DNA of 64,000 nucleotides from Vulcanimicrobiales bacterium (lineage in GTDB: Bacteria; Vulcanimicrobiota; Vulcanimicrobiia; Vulcanimicrobiales; Vulcanimicrobiaceae), in NCBI GenBank assembly GCA_038215615.1, contig JBBQQR010000011.1, forward strand, positions 9,599 to 73,598, written 5' to 3'. Position numbers and translations under genes: made by a program. Below, piece by piece: positions 1 to 9,994 of the stretch. The notes under the pieces were generated by a model. That model saw nothing but the letters and a program-made list of their open reading frames with translations. It had not been told where the DNA came from and searched no databases. Position 1 is the stretch's first letter; the number at the start of each line of letters is the position of its first letter.

Positions 1-48
1 CGGGCGCGCCGGGATGCAATCGGGCGGTTCCCTTAGAAATGCAGTTTC

Positions 49-720
49 TTGATCGCTGCATTTAAGGAAGAGCCCCGCTGGCACGCCGCTCTTGCCGTCG
101 TCGCTATTCTGCTGCTCTACGTTACGCTGCCGCCCCGCATTATCGTGGGGCCGCTCTGGCTGTTGCCGCTGCTCGTGCTGGGCATCCTGGTTCCCCTGCT
201 AATCCTTTCGCCGCACCGCCGCCGCGAAGCGGAGTGGCAGCGCGCAGCCTCGGTGGCGCACATCGCTATTCTCGGCGTCTTTAACGTTGCGACAATCGTG
301 CTTTTCCTGGTGCAGCAGCTCTCGGCGCACCACCACCGAGTATTCACGGGTCAGGAGCTCTTGCTCGCTGCCGTACAGATCTGGCTGACGAATATCTTGG
401 TTTACGCTCTCTGGTTTTGGGAGGTCGACGGCGGCGGCCCGTCGGCCCGGTGTGCGGTGGACTTCGTGCAGAACCCGCAGCTTGGTGACTTCATGTTTTC
501 GCAGAGCCTGCTCTCTCCCGAACTGCGCGCCAAATCAAACTGGCGCCCGCGTTTTCTAGACTATCTATTTTTGGCGTTCACGAACGCCACCGCATTCAGC
601 CCGACCGACACGTTTCCGCTGACGCCCCTTGGAAAAACGCTGATGATGGCCGAAGCGTTAACATCACTGGTGACGATCGCCATCGTCGCAGGGCGCGCGG
701 TCAATCTCCTGGGCAGTTAG
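49..720 (+). CDS. DUF1345-like integral membrane protein
   Basis: Several TM segments; FLDYLFLAFTNATAFSPTD motif resembles DUF1345 family; TTG start. Confidence 0.7.
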   Translation: MIAAFKEEPRWHAALAVVAILLLYVTLPPRIIVGPLWLLPLLVLGILVPLLILSPHRRREAEWQRAASVAHIAILGVFNVATIVLFLVQQLSAHHHRVFTGQELLLAAVQIWLTNILVYALWFWEVDGGGPSARCAVDFVQNPQLGDFMFSQSLLSPELRAKSNWRPRFLDYLFLAFTNATAFSPTDTFPLTPLGKTLMMAEALTSLVTIAIVAGRAVNLLGS

Positions 721-1511
721 CGGGAAAAACCAATGTGATGCAGCGCGTCGTACACTCGCGCGTAGGCATCCGGGTGAATCGCAATGTCGCCCCGGAACGG
801 ATAATCGAGTTCCGCGATCAGCACGAAGATGAGGGTAATCACCGCGGTTAGCGCGGCAACCATGATGTGCTGCGCGATCGGCTGCTGCACCTTAAAATAA
901 AACGAGAAAAAAATCGTCACGGCTCCCACTGCGAGCATGGTTGCCCAAAGAACGTTCGGGATGCCGGTCGCGTTGTCGCGCATGCGTTGCCGGCGCGCGT
1001 CCAAGAACTGTGATGCATACGTTATGGCCTGTGACTGCACGAGCGACGCTTGTTCGCCGGAGGGTCTGAAATGTGTCACCAAGTCTTGGATTCGGTAAGC
1101 CGTTTGGTGTGCGCGCCAACTCTCGCCTCCGTGCACCAAAAGCGGCCATTCCTCGTTGAGCAGGAGACCGATATAGCTCCTGACTCCGCTTTGAATCTGG
1201 CCGCGCGCAGGTTGCGGCAGCGCGTCGACGAGATGGTAGAGATCGGAAAGTGCACTGGCTTCGGTTTGCGCGTTCTGGCCGGCGGCATCGTACTGTTGCC
1301 AGACGCCCGCAACCATGAACGACATCATGACCGCGAGTACCGTCCCGAGCATTTGCAAGATCGCCGAGGCGACGTCGTTGTGCGTGATGAGATCGTTGCG
1401 GGTCAAGCGGTCTCGGGTCAAGTAAAGGGCGATTCCCGTGATCGAGCAGGCTAGAATAACCGCTAGCGGCATCAAGATCCACGCGGGCAAAGCATAGACC
1501 CATGTCATCAT
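717..1511 (-). CDS. DUF4239 (bestrophin-like) membrane protein, paralog 2
   Basis: HNDV, EASAL, EEWP, RRQR and ELDYPFRGD motifs; 4 TM segments; ATG overlaps the upstream paralog stop (TGATG). Confidence 0.8.
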   Translation of the reverse strand: MMTWVYALPAWILMPLAVILACSITGIALYLTRDRLTRNDLITHNDVASAILQMLGTVLAVMMSFMVAGVWQQYDAAGQNAQTEASALSDLYHLVDALPQPARGQIQSGVRSYIGLLLNEEWPLLVHGGESWRAHQTAYRIQDLVTHFRPSGEQASLVQSQAITYASQFLDARRQRMRDNATGIPNVLWATMLAVGAVTIFFSFYFKVQQPIAQHIMVAALTAVITLIFVLIAELDYPFRGDIAIHPDAYARVYDALHHIGFSR

Positions 1512-2302
1512 CAGTAGCCGCCTTGCAAGTGATGGATGGAGTTCCAGGCGTGCTGGAAGGCGGCCGGCGAAACGGCAACATCACCGCGAAATGGGTAATC
1601 GAATTCGGCGATCAACAGCATCACGATGACGATAACCGACGCAAGTGCTGCAACCATTACATGCTGTTCGAATGGATTCTCTACGCGAAAATAATAGGAA
1701 AAAACGATTACCGTGCAGGCCACGAAGACCAGTGCTCCCCAGAGGATCGACGGAATGCCGTCATCGTTTGCATGGAGGCGTTCGCGCCGGTCGTCCAGGA
1801 AAGCGTTGGCCGCATCGAGTGCATGCGACTGCACCATGATTTCTTCCGAAGAGGTAGGCTTCAAGCCCGTAATCGTGTCGAGCACCGAATATGCGGCGTC
1901 GTGAGCTGCTTGGCTATGACCGCCGGTGCGCATCAGCGGCCACTCTTGATGGATGACGATCTCGATGTACCGATCCACGCCGTCTTGGATTTTCGCTCGG
2001 GTCGGCTGCGGGAAAGCGCCGGCCAGGTGATGGAGGTCCGCGATAGCGCTGGCCTCGCGCTGGACTGTGTCCGACGCGAGCACGTACTGCGTCCAAACGT
2101 TGATGAACATAAACGAGAGTCCCACGGCCAACACGGTCCCGATAATTCCGAAGATGGCGCCGGCGACATCGTTATGCGAGACAAGCTGCTTGCGCTTGAT
2201 GGCCAGGCGGACCGCATGAAGGCCGACGGTCGCCACAATGCTGGCGGCGATAACGACGAGCGGAGCCAACACCCAAATCGGCAGCGCATATACCCACGTC
2301 AC
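1511..2302 (-). CDS. DUF4239 (bestrophin-like) membrane protein, paralog 1
   Basis: Colinear with the neighbour (TWVYALP...EFDYPFRGD); start moved to GTG 2302 because the longer ORF runs into tRNA-Gly. Confidence 0.8.
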   Translation of the reverse strand: MTWVYALPIWVLAPLVVIAASIVATVGLHAVRLAIKRKQLVSHNDVAGAIFGIIGTVLAVGLSFMFINVWTQYVLASDTVQREASAIADLHHLAGAFPQPTRAKIQDGVDRYIEIVIHQEWPLMRTGGHSQAAHDAAYSVLDTITGLKPTSSEEIMVQSHALDAANAFLDDRRERLHANDDGIPSILWGALVFVACTVIVFSYYFRVENPFEQHVMVAALASVIVIVMLLIAEFDYPFRGDVAVSPAAFQHAWNSIHHLQGGY

Positions 2303-2319
2303 GCGGTCTGCGTTCTCCG

Positions 2320-2349
2320 TTGCAACCTCGCACTCCGTCGCCGTATTGT
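2320..2349 (+). promoter_or_regulatory. Putative sigma70 promoter for the tRNA operon
   Basis: TTGCAA-N18-TATTGT about 50 nt upstream of tRNA-Gly. Confidence 0.45.
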
Positions 2350-2350
2350 A
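2345..2350 (-). promoter_or_regulatory. Putative -10 element for the DUF4239 pair
   Basis: TACAAT on the minus strand, overlapping the plus-strand -10. Confidence 0.35.
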
Positions 2351-2397
2351 GGACGGGACCGGAGGTGGGAAGAACCGTGGCCGACGCCCAACCGCGA

Positions 2398-2468
2398 GCG
2401 GGTGTGATGTAATGGTAGCCTGTGACCTTCCCAAGGTCGACGCGCGGGTTCGATTCCCGCCACCCGCT
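2398..2468 (+). tRNA. tRNA-Gly (CCC)
   Basis: Acceptor GCGGGTG/CACCCGC, anticodon arm TGACC-TTCCCAA-GGTCG, T arm GCGGG-TTCGATT-CCCGC, discriminator T; CCA not encoded. Confidence 0.95.
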
Positions 2469-2475
2469 GTTTGGC

Positions 2476-2547
2476 GGCGACGTAGCCAAGTGGTAAGGCA
2501 GAGCTCTGCAAAAGCTCCACTCGGCAGTTCGAATCTGCCCGTCGCCT
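2476..2547 (+). tRNA. tRNA-Cys (GCA)
   Basis: Acceptor GGCGACG/CGTCGCC, anticodon arm GAGCT-CTGCAAA-AGCTC, T arm GGCAG-TTCGAAT-CTGCC, discriminator T; CCA not encoded. Confidence 0.97.
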
Positions 2548-2555
2548 AATCTTTC

Positions 2556-3491
2556 ATGATCGTCGTATTTGGCGCGGGCGCGATCGGCGGATTCATCGCC
2601 GGCGCGCTGGCGCGCTCGGGAGTCGAGGTCGGGGTCGTCGCCCGCGGGGCGCACCTAGCGGCGATCCGCAAAAATGGACTCCAGGTTGAAAGCGTCCTCG
2701 GTAACTTTGAAGCGCGCGTTCGGGCGGCTGCCGACCTGCGCGAGTTCGAAGATCCGCAATACGTCCTGCTGACGTTCAAGTCTCACCAATGGGGCGGCGT
2801 CTTGCCGCAATTCGATCAAGCCGTCCGCTCCGGCGCATCGTTCGTGACGCTCCAAAACGGCTTGCCCTTTTGGTATTCGCAAGACCGCGCGCTCGAAAGC
2901 GTCGATCCCGGTGGACGCATCCGCGCAGCGATCCCTTACCAACAGGTCATTGGCGGCGTCGTGCATACGTCCGGCATGCTACCTGCTCCCGGTCACGTGA
3001 AGCAGAGCGGCAACATGCTCTATCCAATCGGCGAGCTCGACGGTTCGGAGACACCGCGGATCGTGCGTCTTGCGAAAAGTTTCGAGGACGCCGGATTGCA
3101 CGCGCCGGTCGAGCGCGACATCCGCCGGCTGGTGTGGCGCAAGTTGCTCGGCAATTTGGCGCTCAACCCAGTGAGCGCGCTGACGGGCGCTACGGTCCGG
3201 GCGATGCTGGACGATCCGCCGACGCGTGCGGTGCTGCGCGCGATTGTTGAAGAAGGGCTCGCGGTGGCCCGAGCTGCGGGAGTCGAGATTGACATGACGG
3301 CCGAAAAGCGCTTGGATATGGCGATGCACATCGCCGACGTCAAGACGTCGACCCTGCAAGATCTCGAGGCGGGAAAACCGCTGGAGCTCGAGCCGATTTG
3401 CGGAGCAGCCATCGAAATCGCGCGCCGATACGGCGTTCCCGTGCCGCATATCGAAACGGTGTACGCTCTTACGCAACTGCTCGCGCGATGA
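2556..3491 (+). CDS. panE: 2-dehydropantoate 2-reductase (ApbA/PanE family)
   Basis: GAGAIG Rossmann motif, LQNG, WRKLLGN, STLQD...LE motifs. Confidence 0.85.
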   Translation: MIVVFGAGAIGGFIAGALARSGVEVGVVARGAHLAAIRKNGLQVESVLGNFEARVRAAADLREFEDPQYVLLTFKSHQWGGVLPQFDQAVRSGASFVTLQNGLPFWYSQDRALESVDPGGRIRAAIPYQQVIGGVVHTSGMLPAPGHVKQSGNMLYPIGELDGSETPRIVRLAKSFEDAGLHAPVERDIRRLVWRKLLGNLALNPVSALTGATVRAMLDDPPTRAVLRAIVEEGLAVARAAGVEIDMTAEKRLDMAMHIADVKTSTLQDLEAGKPLELEPICGAAIEIARRYGVPVPHIETVYALTQLLAR

Positions 3492-5539
3492 AGATCGCGG
3501 AGCTCAGCGGCGTCGGGAAAGCCTCGGCCGGCAAGTTTGCCGAGCTCGGGATTCATACGCCGCTCGATCTGCTCAACGATTTTCCGTTTCGATACGACGA
3601 CTTGCGGGAAGTGACGCCGGCCGTCCGGCTCGCGCAAGCACACGATGACAGCCTGGAAGAAAACGCGACCGGAACGATCGTTTGGGTGCGCGAACGGCGC
3701 GCGCGCCGGTTGGCGATCGTGGAAGCCGAACTCGCCGACGAGACAGGCACGTTCGTAGCGAAGTGGTTCGGGCGAAGCTACTTGATGGGTGCGCTGCGCA
3801 AGGGCATGCGCCTGTTCGTTCGCGGGCGGACGCAGCGTACGCTGACGGGGCCGGCCATGAACGTCGCGATCCACAGAGTTTTGGCGGAAGGCGAAACGTA
3901 TCGCGGAGAGCTCGTGCCGGTTTATCCCGCCGGAAAAAACTTGACCTCGCGCAAAATCCGCCAAGTCGTGGCGCGCAACTTGCCGAAGCTGCTCGAGCTG
4001 GCCGGTAACGATCCGCTTCCCAAAACGATTCTTCGAACGCGCCATTTTCCGGAGCTGTGCGAAGCATACCGCGGCATGCATGCCCCGGGCTCTCCCGAAG
4101 AAGCGGCCAGCGCGCGCGAGCGTTTTATTTTTACGGAGTTTCTGGCGCTCGCGCTGGCGGCGCAGATGAAACGGCAGACGCGGTCGGCCGAGCGCAACGC
4201 GCACGCGTTGCACGCATCTCCGGAGCTGCTCGACGAACTCCAGCGCGAGCTGCCGTTTTCCCTGACGGCAGCACAGCGGCGCGTCATCGGAGAGCTTTGG
4301 GAAGACATGGCGCGCGACACCGCGATGAACCGTATGCTGCAAGGCGATGTAGGCAGCGGCAAAACGCTCGTTGCGGCGGCGGCGATTCTCCTGGCAGCGC
4401 GCAGCGGCGTGCAATCCGCACTGATGGCGCCCACCGAGATCTTGGCCGCGCAGCATGCCGCCAAATTGTCTCCGCTTCTCTTGCCGTTCGGAATCGCCGT
4501 CGAAGCCGTCTTTGGCAGTCAGGGGGCGAAGGCACGCGCGACCGCGGTTGCACGGCTTGGCTCCGGCGAAGCAGCGGTAGCCGTCGGAACGCACGCCCTG
4601 CTCACCGAAGGCGTCGACTTCGCGCGGCTGGGGCTCGCGATCATCGACGAACAGCACCGGTTTGGCGTCGAACAGCGCGCGCGCTTACGATCTAAAGGAA
4701 GCGCGCCGCACACGCTGCACATGACCGCGACGCCTATTCCCCGCACGCTCGCACAGTCGATCTACGCGGACTTGGACGTCTCCGTCATCGACGAGCTGCC
4801 GCCGGGGCGATCGCCCATCGAAACGTACGTCCTGCGCCGCAGCCGCTTGGAACGGGCCTACGAGTTCGTGCGCAAGAACGTCGCGCTGGGCAGGCAGGCG
4901 TACATCGTTGCGCCGGTGATCGACGAATCCGAACTTGAACTGACCAGCGTCGTTGCCGAATCCGAACGGCTGCAGAAAAGCATCTTTCCCGATCTAAAGC
5001 TCGGTCTGTTGCACGGCCGCATGCCCCCGCGCGAAAAGGAAGATGCCATGCAGCGGTTTGCCCGTAACGAGGTGCAGGTGCTCGTGGCGACAACCGTGGT
5101 AGAAGTCGGCGTCGACGTTCCAAATGCGAGCGTTATGGTAGTACTGGATGCGCAGCGCTACGGACTCTCGCAGCTTCATCAGCTGCGCGGACGGGTCGGA
5201 CGCGGCGCGGCTCAGTCCTATTGCCTGCTGATCGCGTCCGACGAAGCAGAGGAGCTGGAACGCTTGCACATCCTGGCGGGCTCCAACGACGGATTCGCGA
5301 TCGCCGAAGAAGATCTCCGGCTGCGCGGGCCGGGCGAGTTCGCGGGGACGGCGCAATCCGGGCTGGCGAGTTTTCGGGTCGCAGATTTGGTACGGGATAT
5401 CGCCGTCTACCGCGACGCCAAGGCAGCGGCCGAAAGCATCGTCGCGGAAGATCCGCAGCTGCGCGCGGCCGGCCACGCCGGATTGCGCTCGCTGGTTGAA
5501 GGCGAACCGAGCGCTAGGGCCATGCTGCTCAGTTCTTGA
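3488..5539 (+). CDS. recG: ATP-dependent DNA helicase RecG
   Basis: QGDVGSGKT, DEQH, MTATPIPRT, QLRGRVGRG; ATG 3488 overlaps the panE stop. Confidence 0.97.
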   Translation: MKIAELSGVGKASAGKFAELGIHTPLDLLNDFPFRYDDLREVTPAVRLAQAHDDSLEENATGTIVWVRERRARRLAIVEAELADETGTFVAKWFGRSYLMGALRKGMRLFVRGRTQRTLTGPAMNVAIHRVLAEGETYRGELVPVYPAGKNLTSRKIRQVVARNLPKLLELAGNDPLPKTILRTRHFPELCEAYRGMHAPGSPEEAASARERFIFTEFLALALAAQMKRQTRSAERNAHALHASPELLDELQRELPFSLTAAQRRVIGELWEDMARDTAMNRMLQGDVGSGKTLVAAAAILLAARSGVQSALMAPTEILAAQHAAKLSPLLLPFGIAVEAVFGSQGAKARATAVARLGSGEAAVAVGTHALLTEGVDFARLGLAIIDEQHRFGVEQRARLRSKGSAPHTLHMTATPIPRTLAQSIYADLDVSVIDELPPGRSPIETYVLRRSRLERAYEFVRKNVALGRQAYIVAPVIDESELELTSVVAESERLQKSIFPDLKLGLLHGRMPPREKEDAMQRFARNEVQVLVATTVVEVGVDVPNASVMVVLDAQRYGLSQLHQLRGRVGRGAAQSYCLLIASDEAEELERLHILAGSNDGFAIAEEDLRLRGPGEFAGTAQSGLASFRVADLVRDIAVYRDAKAAAESIVAEDPQLRAAGHAGLRSLVEGEPSARAMLLSS

Positions 5540-5550
5540 ATCCGCCGGGC

Positions 5551-8217
5551 ATGAAAAGCTTCCGCCCCTCTTTCATGGCCATCGTTTGCGCGGCCGCCGC
5601 GCTTGCCTGTTTTATGCCGGGCCGCGCTGCATCGCTGAACGTCACTCGAGCGACGCTTTCCAACGGTTTGAAGGTCGTGGTCGTCACGGATCGGCTGGCT
5701 CCCGTCGTGACGACGATGCTGAATTATCGTGCCGGGTCCAACGATCAGACGATTGCCGGTCTGGCGCACGCTCTGGAACACATGATGTTCCGCGGAAGCA
5801 AAACGCTTTCGTCATCGCAGTTCATGGATACCGTGGACATTACCGGTGGAGCTTTCAATGCCGATACGCAGAGTGCTATCACCCAATATTTTTTCAGCGT
5901 TCCGGCTCAATATTTGGACATAGCCTTGCGTCTCGAACGCTCTCGTGCCACCGGCGCACTTTTGTCTCAACAGCAGTGGAACGACGAACGCAAAGCGATC
6001 ACGCAAGAGGTCACGTCGGACAACAGCAACGCATTTTACCGGCTGCAAACGAAGATGCAGAACAAGCTTCTCGCTGGAACGCCCTATGCGAACAACGGGC
6101 TGGGGACGGTTTTCGATTTCGCGCACACGATCAACGCGCCGCAGCTTCAAGCCTATTATCAAAAATGGTATCATCCCAATAATGCAGTCTATGTGATCGT
6201 CGGCGATGTTGACGGCCCCGCGACCATCGCGCGCGTCAAGCAGCTTTTCGGTGACTGGCCGGCCGGCAAGCTGCCGGCACGGCAAACCGTGAAACCGCAG
6301 CCGCTGAAGACACATCTCTATCACGACTTTTCCGATCAGCCGTTTACCGCGGTGCTGCTCGGCTACCGGCTTCCCGGATTTGCCAGCAAAGATTTTGCCG
6401 CAGCCAACATTCTGTCCGACGTGCTGAGCAGTCAGCGCGGCGATCTCTTCGGCTTAACCGCGGCGGGCAAAGCGCTGGGGACCGGGTTCGTGCTGGAGGC
6501 GCCGTTTGCGCATCTTTCGGTGGGCTTGGCCTACATCGTAGTGCCCGTCACGAGCAAGCCCGAGGATGCCGACAAGCTGCTTCGCAGCGTGATCGAAAAC
6601 TACCGGAAGTGGGGCGTGCCGGCAGATTTGGTGCATGCCTCGATTCAACGCGAGATCGCGCAGCTGGAATACAACGCTACGTCAATCGAAGGTTTGGCAA
6701 CTGAGTGGAGTGACGCCGTCGCCGTGCAAGGGCTGAACTCGCCGCAAGACACGATCGCTGCGTATAAACGAGTGACGGTCGCCGATGTGAACCGCGTGCT
6801 GCGCGCCGATTTTGGAGCCGACCAAGTGGTCGCCGCATATGCTGTTCCAAAGAACCTAGGTAAAGTCAGCGCGGCGGGCGGTTCGATGGCGAAAGAAAAC
6901 AATTCCATCCCGCCGAGTAAACATGAAGCGCTTCCCACATGGGCGCGCAGCGTTTTAGCGCACTTGCGCGTTCCCGCTCAAACACTGAATCCCGTGCAAA
7001 GCGTTTTACCTAACGGTTTGCGCATCATCGTGCAGCCCGAACACTCGACGCACACGGTCACGGTGACGGGCGAGATCGAAAATGACGAGCAAGTGCAAGC
7101 ACCGCCAGGCAAAGAAGGCGTTGGCTCGCTGACGGGAGATTTGTTCAACTACGGCACGAGTTCTGTAGACCGGCTGGCTTACCAACAAGCGCTCGATGCG
7201 ATCGCGGCCAACGAGTCCGGCGGGGCGTCGTTCAGCATCGAAGCCTTGAGTCCGAACTTCGAACGCGCGGCGCAGCTGCTGGCGGACAACCAGTTGCACC
7301 CTCGATTCGTGCCGCAATATTTCGCAATTGTCAAAGGCCAAGAAATCGGCGGACTCACCGGAGAAGCGACGTCGCCGGATCATATGGCGGCAGTCGCAAC
7401 GGCGAAAGCATTATATCCGCTTGACGACCCGGCGCAGCGATTCGCGTCGGTCGCGTCGATGACCGGCGTGACGCTCGATGACGTCAAGCAGTATTATGCC
7501 AGCGCTTTCCGTCCGGACCTGACGACCATCGTAGTCGTGGGCGACGTTACGCCGGCGCGCGCGCAGCAAGTGATAACAAAGTATTTCGGAGGGTGGAGCG
7601 CGAGCGGACCGAAACCGCAGACCGAACCGCCGGCGGTTCCCCCAAATAAACCGAGCGCCGCAAACGTGCCGGCCACCGGGCGCGTCCAATCCACAGTAGA
7701 GCTGACGGAGACGACGGCCCTGATGCGTACCGGCGCGGATTGGCCCGCGCTGCAAGTCGCCAACACGATTCTGAGCGGCGGCTTTTACTCGTCGCTCCTT
7801 TACCACGATTTGCGTGAAGTGCGAGGATACGTGTATTCTGTATCGAGCGCGCTGAGCACGGGGAAGACGCGGTCGACCTTTGGTATCAGTTACGGATCCG
7901 ATCCCGACAAAATCGTGCCCGCGCAACAGCTGGCCGTCGCGGATCTGAGGCGCATGCAGGCGCAGCCCGTGGCCACCGATCGTTTGCTCCGCGCGAAAGC
8001 GCAGCTGATGGGCGATATTCCGATCGCGCTGGGGAGCTACGAAGGCGTGGGCGCAATCTTGCACCGGTATGCATCGTTCGGTTTACCGCTGAATCAAAAC
8101 CTGATCGACGCGCGGCGCGAACTCGGAGTTACCCCCGCGCAAATCTCGGCAGCCATGCGAAGATGGATACGGCCGGGCGACTTCGTGCGCATAGTCACGG
8201 GCCCCAGCCCGAAATAA
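5551..8217 (+). CDS. Secreted M16 (pitrilysin-family) zinc peptidase, both halves fused
   Basis: Signal peptide, HALEH (HxxEH) motif, second LPNGLRII half lacking the motif. Confidence 0.9.
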   Translation: MKSFRPSFMAIVCAAAALACFMPGRAASLNVTRATLSNGLKVVVVTDRLAPVVTTMLNYRAGSNDQTIAGLAHALEHMMFRGSKTLSSSQFMDTVDITGGAFNADTQSAITQYFFSVPAQYLDIALRLERSRATGALLSQQQWNDERKAITQEVTSDNSNAFYRLQTKMQNKLLAGTPYANNGLGTVFDFAHTINAPQLQAYYQKWYHPNNAVYVIVGDVDGPATIARVKQLFGDWPAGKLPARQTVKPQPLKTHLYHDFSDQPFTAVLLGYRLPGFASKDFAAANILSDVLSSQRGDLFGLTAAGKALGTGFVLEAPFAHLSVGLAYIVVPVTSKPEDADKLLRSVIENYRKWGVPADLVHASIQREIAQLEYNATSIEGLATEWSDAVAVQGLNSPQDTIAAYKRVTVADVNRVLRADFGADQVVAAYAVPKNLGKVSAAGGSMAKENNSIPPSKHEALPTWARSVLAHLRVPAQTLNPVQSVLPNGLRIIVQPEHSTHTVTVTGEIENDEQVQAPPGKEGVGSLTGDLFNYGTSSVDRLAYQQALDAIAANESGGASFSIEALSPNFERAAQLLADNQLHPRFVPQYFAIVKGQEIGGLTGEATSPDHMAAVATAKALYPLDDPAQRFASVASMTGVTLDDVKQYYASAFRPDLTTIVVVGDVTPARAQQVITKYFGGWSASGPKPQTEPPAVPPNKPSAANVPATGRVQSTVELTETTALMRTGADWPALQVANTILSGGFYSSLLYHDLREVRGYVYSVSSALSTGKTRSTFGISYGSDPDKIVPAQQLAVADLRRMQAQPVATDRLLRAKAQLMGDIPIALGSYEGVGAILHRYASFGLPLNQNLIDARRELGVTPAQISAAMRRWIRPGDFVRIVTGPSPK

Positions 8218-8234
8218 ACACGCCGCCCTTCCCA

Positions 8235-8912
8235 GTGCGCTTTACCGCGTTGGGGTTTGATATCGATCACACGCTAGGGATCGATAACAAGTTGGAGCGT
8301 GTCGCGTTCCTCCGGCTGCTCGATGCGATTTGCGCCGACGGCGGAACGTGCCTGGGCACGCTGGCCCAGGAGAGCGCGCGGATCGACGAGGTCCTCGAAC
8401 GTCAGCGTGCCGGATCTTTCTCAATCGACCAAGCGGTGGAACAATTTGCCGCCGAGCGCGGAGCGAGGAAAGCAGTAGCGTATGTCGATCGCTACAAACA
8501 GATGGCACTCGACAGCGTGCCAGAATTTTTCGTCGCTGTTCCGGATGCGCGCGCGGTGCTCGGCGAATTGCAGCAGCGCGGAATCGCGTGCGCTATTTTG
8601 AGCAACGGCTGGTCACCGCTGCAGCAAGAGAAGGCGCGCCTGCTGGATTTTACCGGCCCGGTTTTGGTGAGCGATGCAGTGGGCGCGCAGAAGCCACAGC
8701 CGGCGGCATTCGCCGCGTTAGCGTTTGCGCTCAAAGCCGATCCGCGCGATGTAGCCTATGTAGGAGACAACCCGCGCGTCGATGTTGCCGCCGCAATGAG
8801 CGCGGGGATGCGCGGAATCTGGCTCGATGCCGAGAGCGTGCCGTACGCGCCCGAACTGCCCAATCCGAGCGCAGTTATCCACAGGCTCGCGGAACTGCTT
8901 GCGCTGCTGTAG
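8235..8912 (+). CDS. HAD-family hydrolase
   Basis: FDIDHT motif I, LSN motif II, KP and GDN...D motifs; GTG start inferred. Confidence 0.85.
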   Translation: MRFTALGFDIDHTLGIDNKLERVAFLRLLDAICADGGTCLGTLAQESARIDEVLERQRAGSFSIDQAVEQFAAERGARKAVAYVDRYKQMALDSVPEFFVAVPDARAVLGELQQRGIACAILSNGWSPLQQEKARLLDFTGPVLVSDAVGAQKPQPAAFAALAFALKADPRDVAYVGDNPRVDVAAAMSAGMRGIWLDAESVPYAPELPNPSAVIHRLAELLALL

Positions 8913-8924
8913 AAAGACGCGAGC

Positions 8925-9470
8925 GTGCCGAAAATCACCGGCGGAAACTTGGGCAGCCGCAGACTCGGCTCGCCCAAAGGAGTCAACGTCAGGCCGACGC
9001 CGGGCCGCGTAAAAGAGTCGCTGTTTTCGATTTTGCAGACGCGAATCGAAGGTTCGCGTTTTCTCGACCTGTTCGCCGGCACCGGCGCGATCGGGTTTGA
9101 AGCAGCGTCGCGCGGCGCCGCCTCGGTGGTGTGCGTCGAAGGCCACCGTGAAACGGCCGAAACGATTGAGGAAGCCGCACGCGAGATGGGCGTTGAGGGC
9201 GTCGTGACGGTCGTAGGGGCGCCGGTCGACCGCGCGCTATATCGCCTCGAGCCCGCTTTCGATCTGGTCTACGCCGATCCGCCGTACGCCGGCGAGATTC
9301 CGATGCAGATGTTCAAACTTCTGATCGAACGCAAGTTGCTCGCGTCCGACGCGTTCGTCATTTACGAGCATAGCGCGCGAATGATTCTTCCCGAGATACC
9401 GGGGTACCGCAGCGTCCGGGAAGAAGTGTACGGCGATGTCGCCCTGGCTTTCTTCGAGCCGGTAGCATGA
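8925..9470 (+). CDS. rsmD: 16S rRNA m2G966 methyltransferase
   Basis: RPT...KESLF, DLFAGTG, EAASRGA, DPPY; adjacent to coaD. Confidence 0.95.
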   Translation: MPKITGGNLGSRRLGSPKGVNVRPTPGRVKESLFSILQTRIEGSRFLDLFAGTGAIGFEAASRGAASVVCVEGHRETAETIEEAAREMGVEGVVTVVGAPVDRALYRLEPAFDLVYADPPYAGEIPMQMFKLLIERKLLASDAFVIYEHSARMILPEIPGYRSVREEVYGDVALAFFEPVA

Positions 9471-9982
9471 ACGACGGTCGAGCGTTTCGCGCGCCCAGAG
9501 CCGTCTATCCGGGATCGTTCGATCCGCCGACCAACGGGCATCTCGACGTCATCGAGCGCGCGGCCGGCTGTTTTGGGGAACTGATCGTCGCGGTTGTCGT
9601 CAACCCGCAAAAGCGGGAACCCATGTTCACGCTCGAAGAGCGCGAGGCGATGATCCGGGACTGCGTCAAGAACCTGCCTAACGTGCGCGTCGAGCACTTT
9701 CGCGGTCTGCTGGCCGATTACGTGCGCGAGCAGCACGCGGCGGTCATTATCAAGGGTTTGCGGGTCGTTTCGGACTTTGAAAGCGAGATGTCGACCGCGC
9801 TTATGAACCGGGCGCTTTCCGATGTGGACACGATGTTCCTGATGTCGGATCAACGCTACTCGTTCGTCAGCTCCAGCATCGTAAAAGAAGTCTTCTTTCT
9901 CGGCGGCGACGTTGCCGCGCTCGTGCCGGATCCGGTGATGCGGCTCATGGCGGCCAAACGCGCGACCTTGCGCACAACATAA
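9467..9982 (+). CDS. coaD: Phosphopantetheine adenylyltransferase
   Basis: YPGSFDPPTNGH, KGLR..SDFE, VSSSIVKE. Confidence 0.97.
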   Translation: MNDGRAFRAPRAVYPGSFDPPTNGHLDVIERAAGCFGELIVAVVVNPQKREPMFTLEEREAMIRDCVKNLPNVRVEHFRGLLADYVREQHAAVIIKGLRVVSDFESEMSTALMNRALSDVDTMFLMSDQRYSFVSSSIVKEVFFLGGDVAALVPDPVMRLMAAKRATLRTT

Positions 9983-9994
9983 CGGAGGAAATTA

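Noticed and set aside
1502..2407. 301-aa plus-strand ORF
   Set aside because: Antisense shadow of the DUF4239 gene, runs into tRNA-Gly, no motifs
1..2547. Possible genomic island at the tRNA genes
   Set aside because: No integrase, no duplicated tRNA 3' end seen, and core genes follow the tRNAs directly
3020..4657. 545-aa minus-strand ORF and many similar long antisense ORFs (e.g. 11794-12585, 59993-61057)
   Set aside because: Shadows of clear genes, expected at high GC; no recognisable domains
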